DNA of 60,695 nt from Candidatus Solincola quzhuomuensis. Its GTDB lineage: Bacteria > Actinomycetota > Geothermincolia > Geothermincolales > RBG-13-55-18. The position numbers and the translations under genes are program-made. The stretch covers positions 1-60,695 of the forward strand of contig JACVJF010000004.1 of NCBI GenBank assembly GCA_015711855.1, read 5' to 3'. The notes beneath the pieces are model-generated. The model had not been told where the DNA came from and searched no databases. It worked only from the letters and a program-made list of their open reading frames with translations. Below are positions 52,440 through 60,695 of the stretch, piece after piece (position 1 is the first letter of the stretch; each line of letters opens with the position of its first letter).

Positions 52440-54113
52440 TCAGGACGGAGGACCCTCTTCCGTCCAGCGGAACTTTTCCGTGAGCCGGTCCAGTTTCGCC
52501 TTCAATTCCGGCTCCACCTTGGAGAAGTCGAAATCGATCTCGTCACAATACATCCCGGTGTCTGCGGCCCGGTTGGCGTCCAGCGCGCCGGACAGCTTCT
52601 TCTGCCACTCGTTGTAGTGTCCCATCAAGGGGCTAACCAGCTTGCGCAGTCTGGCGTCCGTGGCCGAAAGGGGTTCCATGCACTTCTCGATGGCGGCGAT
52701 GGAGAACTCGATGAACATGGGCTCCAAGGAGGCCAGGTGTTTGGGGTCCCGGGCGTCGTACTGGAAGATCTCCTCGCAGTGGGCCCACATATTGCTCTCG
52801 TAGAGGGCCATGAAGGGGTTGTCGGCCAGGTCGTCCAGGATGCCGCCCCTCTCGATCCATTTGCGCTTGATGGATTCCCCGATCTCCGCCCAGTCCAGCT
52901 GGGTGTCCCAGGTGTCGTTCCGGTCCAGGGCGGTGGAGAAGAGGCCGCCCATGCGGAAGACCATGGGGATGGCCGTCACCCGGAAGAAGTTCATGAAGAC
53001 CATGGAGCCTATGGCCGGGACTCCCATGGCCTCGATAGAGAGACCCTCGTGGTCGGCCAGGATGCGGCGCAGCACGGCGTCTTGGTAATCGATCTCCTCC
53101 TCCGAGGCGCCCACCAGCATGATGACGAAGCCCCACTTGGTTCCCTTGCTCAATACGTCCCGCAGGTTGCTGGTTCCGGCTATGCGCCGCAGGAGGTGGG
53201 GGGCGAAGGTGTAGATGAAGGCGGCCACCGCGGTGCGCGTGGCCAGGTATCCGATCTCCGCTTCTCCTATGCGGTATACCGCGTCGGCCAGCCGATTCCG
53301 GTCGGGAAAGAAACAGAGGTGGAAACGCACGTTCTCCGGGATCTCCGCCTTGGCGTCCAAGAGGAGCCCACGGATTCTCACCCGGGAAGGCCCTGGCCAG
53401 GGGTAAAGTTTGAGGGCGCATTTGGTAAATATTCCCAGGCCGGAAAGCGCCCCCGTGGATCCGCGCATCAGCCCCCTCAGGGAAGGACCTGGTCCGTCGG
53501 GGGAGAACCACCCCAGGCCCGAGTCGCTGGATCCCACGCGAAGGAGTTCGCCGTCCGGGAGCACCCATTCCGCCCCCAGGAGGTTGCGGTGCCCGTAGCT
53601 CATGTATATACCGTCCCATCCCACTCCCCACCCGGAGGTGGCGCTGGCCAGGGGAGAGCAGGCGGGACCGGCGCCGATGATGTGGCAGTTGAGGCCCCGT
53701 TTCATGGCCTCCGCCTGGAGCTGCGCACCGCAGACATAGGGTTCCACCAGCGCGTACATGTTCCGCTCGTCGATGTCCAGGATCCGGTTCATGCGCCGCA
53801 GGTCGATCTGGACCACGTTGTCGTAGGTGGGTCCGGAATAGACCCCCCAACCGGTGGAGAAGGCCTTGAACTTCAGCCCGTGCCGGTTGCATATCCGTAC
53901 CACCTCCTGCACCTCCTCGGTGGAGGAGGGAAGGACCACGGCCACGGGACGCTTCACCCACTTGGCCGGGTCGTCGTTGATGGTTGGTTGCCAGGCGTAT
54001 CCGTCCAGGACCGCCGGTTCCCGGGACACGTTCTCTGTGCCCACCACATTTTCCAGATCCTGGTATGCGGCTTCCGATATCTCCTTCCAGGTATCGAGAG
54101 TCGCGGTGGTCAT
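52440..54113 (-). CDS. FAD-binding oxidoreductase (VAO/PCMH/GlcD family)
   Basis: P.AVVLP.STEEVQ.VV, IDLRRMNRIL.ID...A.VEP and G.EWVLPDG motifs. Confidence 0.88.
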   Translation of the reverse strand: MTTATLDTWKEISEAAYQDLENVVGTENVSREPAVLDGYAWQPTINDDPAKWVKRPVAVVLPSSTEEVQEVVRICNRHGLKFKAFSTGWGVYSGPTYDNVVQIDLRRMNRILDIDERNMYALVEPYVCGAQLQAEAMKRGLNCHIIGAGPACSPLASATSGWGVGWDGIYMSYGHRNLLGAEWVLPDGELLRVGSSDSGLGWFSPDGPGPSLRGLMRGSTGALSGLGIFTKCALKLYPWPGPSRVRIRGLLLDAKAEIPENVRFHLCFFPDRNRLADAVYRIGEAEIGYLATRTAVAAFIYTFAPHLLRRIAGTSNLRDVLSKGTKWGFVIMLVGASEEEIDYQDAVLRRILADHEGLSIEAMGVPAIGSMVFMNFFRVTAIPMVFRMGGLFSTALDRNDTWDTQLDWAEIGESIKRKWIERGGILDDLADNPFMALYESNMWAHCEEIFQYDARDPKHLASLEPMFIEFSIAAIEKCMEPLSATDARLRKLVSPLMGHYNEWQKKLSGALDANRAADTGMYCDEIDFDFSKVEPELKAKLDRLTEKFRWTEEGPPS

Positions 54114-54303
54114 GCCTCACTCCCCCTCTCAGACTTCATGAGCCGCGTCAACGGCTCGTCGGCGAGTTCCTGCCGCGGCCGCCCTCCTCGCCCGGGCCGC
54201 GGGTCGTGACGCACTTCGTCACCCTCGGCGGAGGGATTCTCTGCGCTCCAGCCGACGGCGGAAAGGCCGGCTCTACCGCAAGTCCGTTCCTTTATAGCCG
54301 CTT

Positions 54304-55584
54304 TCACACCCTCTCTTTCTCGGCGATCCCGGCCGCCTGCAACGCCAGGTCCACGAGGTCGTAGACCGGGAGCTCCGCCCGCATTTCTCGGGAAGCGTCA
54401 CGCAGGACGCGCACGCACCAGGGGCAGGCGGTGGCCAGCGCCTCCGCTCCCGTGGCCAGGGCCTCCTCGACCCTCTCCCGGGCCGTCCAGGAGGAGAACT
54501 CGGGGAAGGCCTCGTGGACCCCTCCTCCCGCTCCGCAGCACCAGGAGTATTCCCTTATGCGCTCCATCTCCACAAGCCCTGCCCCGGGCAGTGCCTGGAT
54601 GAGGTTGCGGGGGGCCTCATAAACCCCTTTTCTGCCCGCCCTCTTCAGGGACATGGGCCGCTGCAGCTTGTCTCCCTTCCAGTCCCCGAGGTAGGGTTCC
54701 CCCATCCTCCCCAGGTGGCAGGGGTCGTGGTAGGTGAAGAGGAGGGGGAACTGCTCCCGGAAGCGCAGCCTCCCCTCCCGGACCAACCTGTCCAGGAGTT
54801 GGGTCATATGCAGGATCTCGCAGGGAAGCTCCTTGCCCATGCGCGGGTAGAGGTAGCGAAAGTGAGCATAGCCGTCGGCGCAGGGGGTGACCAGGATCCG
54901 CGCACCCGAGGCCTTCACCCTGGAGAGCAGGTCCTCGGCGTAGTTCTCCGCCTCTCCTCGGTAGCCCAGTTCGTACGCCCTCCCCCCACAGCAGGACTCC
55001 TCGGCCCCGGCGATGCCCACGTCCAGACCGGCCTCGAGAAGCAGAAGGGCCGCCCCTCGCACCGTGCCCCGAAGGTCGGGATCGTAAGAATAGCGGCAGC
55101 CCGCATGGAAGAGGACCTCGCATCTCTCTCGGTTGATGTCCTTCAAGGGCAGCCCTTCCGCCCACTCCCCTCGCTTGGCCTTGGGCTCCCCCAACACGTT
55201 GTCCTCCCGCTTGAGGGCGTCGATCATCGCCATGTGCTCCACCATGAGGAAGCCCTGTTCCACGCAGTGGGCGCGGAGCTCGAGGAGCACCTCGGTCAAG
55301 TCTATGTCGTCTCGGTAGACCTTGCAGGCGGTGTCGCAGGCACCGCACAGCTGGCATTTGTAGACGATCTCCGCCACGTTATCGTTGAGCTCCGAGCGGC
55401 CGGTGAGCAGGGAGAGGCCGATGATCATGCGCCCGGATCCGGAATAGGCATGGAAGTTGTAGCGGCAGATGGAGGGGCAATTCTTGGCGAACCGCCAGCT
55501 CTTGATCTGGTTGAAGGGGACCCATTTACAGGAGGAGCATCGGGAGCAGCCCTCCATGTCCCTCTGGTAATCGGAAAGGGCCAT
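54304..55584 (-). CDS. Fe-S protein with 4Fe-4S dicluster and two CCG domains (HdrD/GlpC/GlcF-like)
   Basis: CSRCSSC...CP, CQLCGAC...C, CCGG, HDPCHLG, CCGAGG and ACPWC motifs. Confidence 0.9.
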   Translation of the reverse strand: MALSDYQRDMEGCSRCSSCKWVPFNQIKSWRFAKNCPSICRYNFHAYSGSGRMIIGLSLLTGRSELNDNVAEIVYKCQLCGACDTACKVYRDDIDLTEVLLELRAHCVEQGFLMVEHMAMIDALKREDNVLGEPKAKRGEWAEGLPLKDINRERCEVLFHAGCRYSYDPDLRGTVRGAALLLLEAGLDVGIAGAEESCCGGRAYELGYRGEAENYAEDLLSRVKASGARILVTPCADGYAHFRYLYPRMGKELPCEILHMTQLLDRLVREGRLRFREQFPLLFTYHDPCHLGRMGEPYLGDWKGDKLQRPMSLKRAGRKGVYEAPRNLIQALPGAGLVEMERIREYSWCCGAGGGVHEAFPEFSSWTARERVEEALATGAEALATACPWCVRVLRDASREMRAELPVYDLVDLALQAAGIAEKERV

Positions 55585-57063
55585 CTAGGACACCTCCTCG
55601 GGCGTGAAGCACAGTTTTCCTCGGTTCAGCACCTGGTCGGGGTCGAGCATCTCCTTGACCTTGCGCAGGACGCGCACCGTGTCCGGGCAGCGAGCGTAAG
55701 CCAGCTCGGACCATATCCCGTAGGGGCGGGAGAAGAAGGCCCCCGCCTCGGAAAGGGCTCGGGAGGCCGCCTCGTACAGCTCCCTCCCCTTGCCCCGGTC
55801 CTCGGGGCTGAAGTAGACGGTGAACTCCAGGTGGACGTTCCTCCCCTGCTGGATGGGCTGGATATACACCCCTATCCGGTCCCGGGGATACCCGAACTCG
55901 GAGGCCACGTCCTCCATGACGGAGATGAAACCCGGAACCCGGTCCAAGGTGGTGAGGAAGAAGATGTCCAGGAAGTCCCCCTTGGGCCTCGTCTTGTAGT
56001 AGGGTTCGGGCGAGGGGGCGGCGAGGATCCTTTCCATCTTTTTCCATGAGCAACCCGGGACCTCGGAGACCGGGATGACCCCCGCCTGCTGGGCGTGGCG
56101 GGAGAGGTCCCGCTCTTGATAGGCCACCCTCTCCTCCGGCAGATACTCGTATCCGGACACCCCGTAGATCACCGTCCAGGGAGCTTGTTCCTTGGCCAGC
56201 TCGGGGATCTCTTGCCCGTTTTCGGTGATCATCGTGGCCAGCGCATAGGCGTTAAGTATGAGCCACTCGTCCCCGAGGCGCGGCCGCAGGGACCGGTAGG
56301 TGAAGTCGATGAGGCGCTCCAGCTTATGGTCGGGGACGAACCATATCTTATGTATGCGGGGTTTCACCTCCAGCTTGAGGGAGCACCAGGTCACCGCGGC
56401 CATGGTCCCCTGGGATCCCTGGACCACGCGTACGAAGTCGGTCTGAGCGGGCCCCATGGGGTTTTTCTGGGCCGCCCCCGCTGCCCACTGCTGTTCCAGG
56501 GTGCCCGGCCCGGCGGCCGATCCGGTGCGGAAGAGGTCCCCGGTGCCGAAGACCAGCTCAGTGCAGAGCATGGGGTCGGTCATGTCCCAGTGGTACTTGG
56601 GTATGATTATGGGTTCCCGCTCGAGACAGGAGGCGAGGACGGACTTGCCCCGCTTGGGCAGGAGGGGCATGAGGACCTTCAGGCCCAGTTTGTCCACCTC
56701 GGGAATGAGTCTCTCGTAGGTAACCCCGGCCTCGATGAGGGCCACTTTGTTCCGGCGATCCAGGCGGACGATCTTGTCCATCCTGGACATGTCCACGATG
56801 ATCCCCTCGCCTCGGGGCACGGAATCCCCCCGCAGGCGGGGTGGGGCGGAAGAGGAGAAGACCAAATTGTACTTCTCGGCGCGGGCCAGCTTGATGAGCT
56901 CCCGCACCTCCTTGGTGCTTCCCGGGCGGATCATGGCCAGGGGCTCTCCTCCCTCCACGGCTCCTCCTCGCCGGTAGGTGGAGAGGAGCCCCTCGTCGTC
57001 TGTGACGTTCTCCCTTCCCACCACCGAGGCCAATTTCTCCAGAAGGGCGCTTTTCTCCGTCAT
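55585..57063 (-). CDS. FAD-binding oxidoreductase (VAO/PCMH/GlcD family), second copy
   Basis: VDMSRMDKI..D......IEAGVT, ELVFGTG, GSQGTM and C-terminal K..LDP..VLN.GKL. Confidence 0.87.
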   Translation of the reverse strand: MTEKSALLEKLASVVGRENVTDDEGLLSTYRRGGAVEGGEPLAMIRPGSTKEVRELIKLARAEKYNLVFSSSAPPRLRGDSVPRGEGIIVDMSRMDKIVRLDRRNKVALIEAGVTYERLIPEVDKLGLKVLMPLLPKRGKSVLASCLEREPIIIPKYHWDMTDPMLCTELVFGTGDLFRTGSAAGPGTLEQQWAAGAAQKNPMGPAQTDFVRVVQGSQGTMAAVTWCSLKLEVKPRIHKIWFVPDHKLERLIDFTYRSLRPRLGDEWLILNAYALATMITENGQEIPELAKEQAPWTVIYGVSGYEYLPEERVAYQERDLSRHAQQAGVIPVSEVPGCSWKKMERILAAPSPEPYYKTRPKGDFLDIFFLTTLDRVPGFISVMEDVASEFGYPRDRIGVYIQPIQQGRNVHLEFTVYFSPEDRGKGRELYEAASRALSEAGAFFSRPYGIWSELAYARCPDTVRVLRKVKEMLDPDQVLNRGKLCFTPEEVS

Positions 57064-57077
57064 CCCCTCCACCTCCC

Positions 57078-57620
57078 TCAAGCCGCTCTCCGTGACCGGG
57101 AGACCATCGACCTCATCCTCTCGGCGAGGGAGGGAGGGGCCTCCCCGGTGAGGGTCCTCTTTATGCTCTCCGCCATCCTACGGGCCATGAGGGCCTGGAC
57201 CTTGGAGATGGAGAGCAGCTTGTCCGCCAGCCGCATGAGCCGGTCGTTATTCAGGTACTTGAGGAAGGGACCGGCTCGATCCAGGAGGCGGTCGACCTTC
57301 ATGACCGTCTCCTCCTTGGCCTCGTCCATGCGGTTAAGGAGGTCTCCCATGTCCGCACCCGTCTCCTCCATGACCAGTTCCAGGGCCCTCCCCTGCACCT
57401 GCATGAACTTGTCCAGCACGCCGTTTCGGTAGGCGCACTGCATGACCCAAAAGACCTCCTGGGGATCGATGGGCAACTCACTCACCTCCCGTAAAGCCGA
57501 GGGTCTCCGTCCGACCGAGGTCCGGACCTTGCCCGGCGGGCGGTTACCTGCGGCACTCCCTCCGCCGGGGGCGTCCTGTCCGTGTAGACCCACACCTTCG
57601 CCAATTTCCGTTCCCTTCAC
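57078..57620 (-). CDS. Hypothetical helical protein
   Basis: Sits in the operon between etfB and the flavoprotein gene; amphipathic helical C-terminal two thirds; start uncertain. Confidence 0.6.
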   Translation of the reverse strand: MKGTEIGEGVGLHGQDAPGGGSAAGNRPPGKVRTSVGRRPSALREVSELPIDPQEVFWVMQCAYRNGVLDKFMQVQGRALELVMEETGADMGDLLNRMDEAKEETVMKVDRLLDRAGPFLKYLNNDRLMRLADKLLSISKVQALMARRMAESIKRTLTGEAPPSLAERMRSMVSRSRRAA

Positions 57621-57660
57621 CGGTTTTCTTTAAACCCACAAGGCCCTTTTATTTGATTGC

Positions 57661-58458
57661 TCAGACGACCTTGTCCTCCCATAGCAACTGGGCCAACCTC
57701 TCTCCCGCCTCCGCCGGGGTGTCCGCTTCCACCATCCGACAGGATCTCTCCCGCCGGGGGGGCGCCAGGGACACCGTTTCCACCCAGGCCTCTATCGGTA
57801 AAGAGATCTCCAGGTCCTGCAATCTCACGATCCTTTGCGGCAGCTCCTTGGCCGCCCGGATGGCTTGCAGGCTGGGATAGCGCAGGTCCCCGACCTCCCC
57901 GCTCACCGTGACCAGGGCGGGTAGGGGGCATTCCACCACCTCGTAGCCGTCGGAGAGGACCCTCTCCACCATAACCCTTCCGTCCGCGACCTCCACCTTC
58001 TGGGCCAGGGTCACGGCGGGCAGGCCCAGGAGTTGGGCCACTCCCAGCCCCACCACCCCGGCGTTGGTGTCCGAGGCTTGGCGTCCGCAAAGGACCAGGT
58101 CGAAAGGTTCCAGCGTGCGCAGGGCGGCGGCCAAGAGGACCGCCGTGGATCTGGAGTCGAGTAGCGCCTGGTCCAGGGAGTCCTCCTCCACCAGCACCGA
58201 GGCGTCGGCTCCCGCGGCCACGGCCTTGAGTATCACCGCGCGGGAGAGATTCCTTCCCAAGGAGAGAAGGGTGATGCTCCCACCCGCCCTCTCCTTTATG
58301 CGTATGGCCGCCTCCAGGGCGTTCTCGTCGAAGGGGTTTATGACCGGCGGCAGGCCCCTTACCGCCACCCTCTTCTCCTCGGAGCGGACCTCGAAGGAGG
58401 AAGGAGGTCCTTCGGGATCGGGCACCATCTTGGCCAGGACGACGATGTGCAGGCCCAT
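57661..58458 (-). CDS. etfB: Electron transfer flavoprotein beta subunit
   Basis: K.VPD, INPFDENALEAA, CGRQASD...G and LPALVTV...RYPSL motifs. Confidence 0.93.
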   Translation of the reverse strand: MGLHIVVLAKMVPDPEGPPSSFEVRSEEKRVAVRGLPPVINPFDENALEAAIRIKERAGGSITLLSLGRNLSRAVILKAVAAGADASVLVEEDSLDQALLDSRSTAVLLAAALRTLEPFDLVLCGRQASDTNAGVVGLGVAQLLGLPAVTLAQKVEVADGRVMVERVLSDGYEVVECPLPALVTVSGEVGDLRYPSLQAIRAAKELPQRIVRLQDLEISLPIEAWVETVSLAPPRRERSCRMVEADTPAEAGERLAQLLWEDKVV

Positions 58459-58473
58459 TTTTCCCGCCTCCTT

Positions 58474-59460
58474 TCACGCCGAGGCCAGTTCTCTCAGCTT
58501 GGAGAGGAAGGCGGGGAGAACTTCCCGCCAGTCCCCCACCACGCCGTAATCGGACACCTTGAAGATATAGGCCTCGGGGTCCTTGTTGATGGCCACGATC
58601 TTCCCGGAATCGCCCATGCCCGACAGGTGCTGGCTGGACCCCGATATGGCCACGGCGACGTAGAGTGCGGGGGCCACCACCTTACCCGTGATACCCACCT
58701 GGCAAGTGGAGGGAACCCAGCCAGCGTCCACCGGGGGGCGAGAGGCCCCCACTGCTCCACCCAGCAAGCGGGCCAGCTCCCGCAGGACCTCGAAGCCCTC
58801 CTCCCCGCCCATACCTCTTCCTCCGGAGACCACCACTCGGGCCTCCTCCAGGGGGCATTCACCGGCCTCCAGGTAGTGCCTGTCCTTTACCGTCAGCCTG
58901 GTCTCCTGCGGGGGGTCCTGGTCAATGGGAATCAGCTCTCCGCCCGGGCTTGAGGGAGGGAGGGCCTCCCCCACCCTGGCCCGCACCGTGGCCAGCGCCA
59001 GGGGGGTGAGCACCTTAATTCCGGCGACGGCGTTTCCACCGTAAACGGGTTTGGTGAACAGGAAACTCCCGTCCCAGCGAATCTCCACGCAGTCGGTTAC
59101 CAGCCCCGCTCCCAAGGAGAAGGCCAAGCGGGGGAGCAGATCCTGTCCCAGGCTGGTATGGCCGGCCAGCATCAGGGAGGCGGGGTTACGGCGCAGGAGG
59201 GATTCCAGGAGCGTGGCCCATACCTCCGGGTTGTAGCGGGAAAGAGCCGGGTTGTCCAGGAAATAAACGAGGTCCGCCCCCCTCTCCGCCAGCTCCCGTG
59301 ATGCGATATCCGCGCCCTCGCCCAGGACCACCGCCCCCACCCTGCCGTTGTTCTCGGCCGCGAGCCTCCTTCCCAGGCCCAGGAGCTCGAGGGTGAGTCG
59401 GGTGGGGCTTTTATCGTCGGTCTGCTCGGAAATCACCAAGATGTCCATGGAATCTTTCAC
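58474..59460 (-). CDS. etfA: Electron transfer flavoprotein alpha subunit
   Basis: VSGGRG, GASRPPVDAGW, QVGITG, ISGSSQH..GM and AINKDPEA.IF motifs. Confidence 0.95.
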   Translation of the reverse strand: MKDSMDILVISEQTDDKSPTRLTLELLGLGRRLAAENNGRVGAVVLGEGADIASRELAERGADLVYFLDNPALSRYNPEVWATLLESLLRRNPASLMLAGHTSLGQDLLPRLAFSLGAGLVTDCVEIRWDGSFLFTKPVYGGNAVAGIKVLTPLALATVRARVGEALPPSSPGGELIPIDQDPPQETRLTVKDRHYLEAGECPLEEARVVVSGGRGMGGEEGFEVLRELARLLGGAVGASRPPVDAGWVPSTCQVGITGKVVAPALYVAVAISGSSQHLSGMGDSGKIVAINKDPEAYIFKVSDYGVVGDWREVLPAFLSKLRELASA

Positions 59461-59810
59461 CTTTCGTTCCCTCCCTGCTCGGTTTCATGCCACGCGGCTC
59501 AAGATCTAGGATTGACCGGAAAGCGGGTTTATACGGCTTTAAAACCCCCTTAAATTCTCCGCGATCTCGGTTCTCGTCGGAGCACCGCACCATCCCACAG
59601 CCGTTATCCCCAAGGCCTTCGAGGGGTTTTCCCTTCTTCCCAGGTCTTTCCAGACAGGGTTAAGCGGGACTCCCCCTTTAACCGGGCCGGGCACCCCGGT
59701 GCCGTAAAAACGTCCCGTTCCGCTTAACATTCGGACGCCGGAATGCCGGCCTCACCCGAAAGAAGCCGATCGTCGCCACCCTCTCGCCCATGCGGCGGGA
59801 AAATACCCAT

Positions 59811-59833
59811 AAATGTGACAAGCGGTCACATTT
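59811..59833. promoter_or_regulatory. Palindromic operator-like site in the etfA/ferritin divergent region
   Basis: AAATGTGAC-AAGCG-GTCACATTT, perfect 9-bp arms. Confidence 0.6.
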
Positions 59834-60082
59834 TAACATCGAAGGGGGGATCAGTCAAATATGATGTTTTTGTTCAGTAGCCGGTGGGAATAATTTCCCC
59901 ATCTTTTTATAAAAGGTCAGGTCGGAGGTGGATAGGCTTCACGGGACGGGTCAACTTCCGGCCTCGGGACTGCTCCTTGTGAAGCGCATCATACCCTTAG
60001 GAGGGAAGGAAGATAGTATAGTAATGGAGGGAGAGAACGAGGAAGGCAAATGACCACTTCGGAAAGGAAGGAGTGAAGTAGG

Positions 60083-60598
60083 ATGCTTTCGGAGAGGATG
60101 CAGGAAGCGCTGAACGACCAGATGAAGTGGGAGTTCTACTCCGAGTTCCTGTACTTGGCCATGGCCGGTTACTTCAAGTCCCGCAGCCTGGACGGCTTTG
60201 CCAATTGGATGACCGTGCAGGCCGAGGAGGAGCGGACCCACGCTCTCATGTTCTTCAACTACATAGCCGAAGCCGGAGGACGTCCCCAGATCAGGTCTTT
60301 CGAGCAGGTGGAGAACGAATACCCCTCGGTTACCGATGTCTTCCGGACCACGGTCGAACACGAGAAGCTGGTGACCAAACGCATCAACGACCTCATGACC
60401 CTGGCCCAGGAGGAAAAGGATCACGCCACGGCCAACTTCCTGGCCTGGTTCGTCAAGGAGCAGGTGGAGGAGGTGGCCTCCGCCCAGAAGATCTTGGACC
60501 AGCTGGAACTGGTCAAAGAGGACGGCCACGCCCTCATGATGCTCGACCGCGAGCTGGCCCAGAGGGTCTTCACCCCACCTGCCGCGGCGGCGGAATGA
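60083..60598 (+). CDS. ftnA: Non-haem ferritin
   Basis: LN.Q...E.YS..YL.M, QAEEE..HA, HE..VT..I and FL.WFV.EQVEE ferroxidase motifs. Confidence 0.93.
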   Translation: MLSERMQEALNDQMKWEFYSEFLYLAMAGYFKSRSLDGFANWMTVQAEEERTHALMFFNYIAEAGGRPQIRSFEQVENEYPSVTDVFRTTVEHEKLVTKRINDLMTLAQEEKDHATANFLAWFVKEQVEEVASAQKILDQLELVKEDGHALMMLDRELAQRVFTPPAAAAE

Positions 60599-60695
60599 CG
60601 AGGTGGGCCGAGCCTCGGGGTGTGGTCTCCCAACCTCGCATCTGGTATAAATAATTAAGCCCTAGGCGGCGGCTGTCCGGTCCTCCGCCGCGATG

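Noticed and set aside
1-60695. Mobile element or genomic-island boundaries around the ass locus
   Set aside because: No integrase, transposase, tRNA or terminal repeats are seen, and coding GC looks similar inside and outside the locus by eye.

Overview
GC-rich, gene-dense window from an anaerobic bacterium. The repeated W(Y/F)(F/L)AEG(C/Y)T modules in two secreted proteins suggest a deep-branching Actinomycetota (Ca. Geothermincolia/Solincola-like); this taxonomy is inference. The centrepiece (about 7.0-22.9 kb) is an apparently near-complete anaerobic alkane fumarate-addition locus. It has an AssA/MasD-type glycyl-radical alpha subunit, a beta-like subunit, two tandem activating enzymes, a gamma subunit (7709-7864) and three MasE/delta-like CxxC..CPxC paralogues. 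The gamma gene and one delta gene (9949-10128) are absent from the supplied ORF track. Beside these lie candidates for each downstream step: an acyl-CoA ligase, a MmgE/PrpD-family epimerase, a split B12 mutase with a remodelled pocket, and an ScpB-like crotonase that may be the decarboxylase. A radical SAM/PDZ/DUF512 gene is wedged between the two mutase genes. Left of the locus is a biotin/pyruvate-carboxylase block. Right of it are lipid/redox and envelope genes: a GMC operon, a TetR gene with a FadR-like palindrome, CapA, GNAT, a divergent SHMT-like gene with a probable frameshifted N-terminal fusion, rubrerythrin, AOR, FixC/FixX-like genes, a twin-flavoprotein/CCG/ETF operon and ferritin. 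No rRNA, tRNA, CRISPR array or mobile element was recognised. All family assignments come from motifs read by eye and remembered reference sequences, not from database searches.
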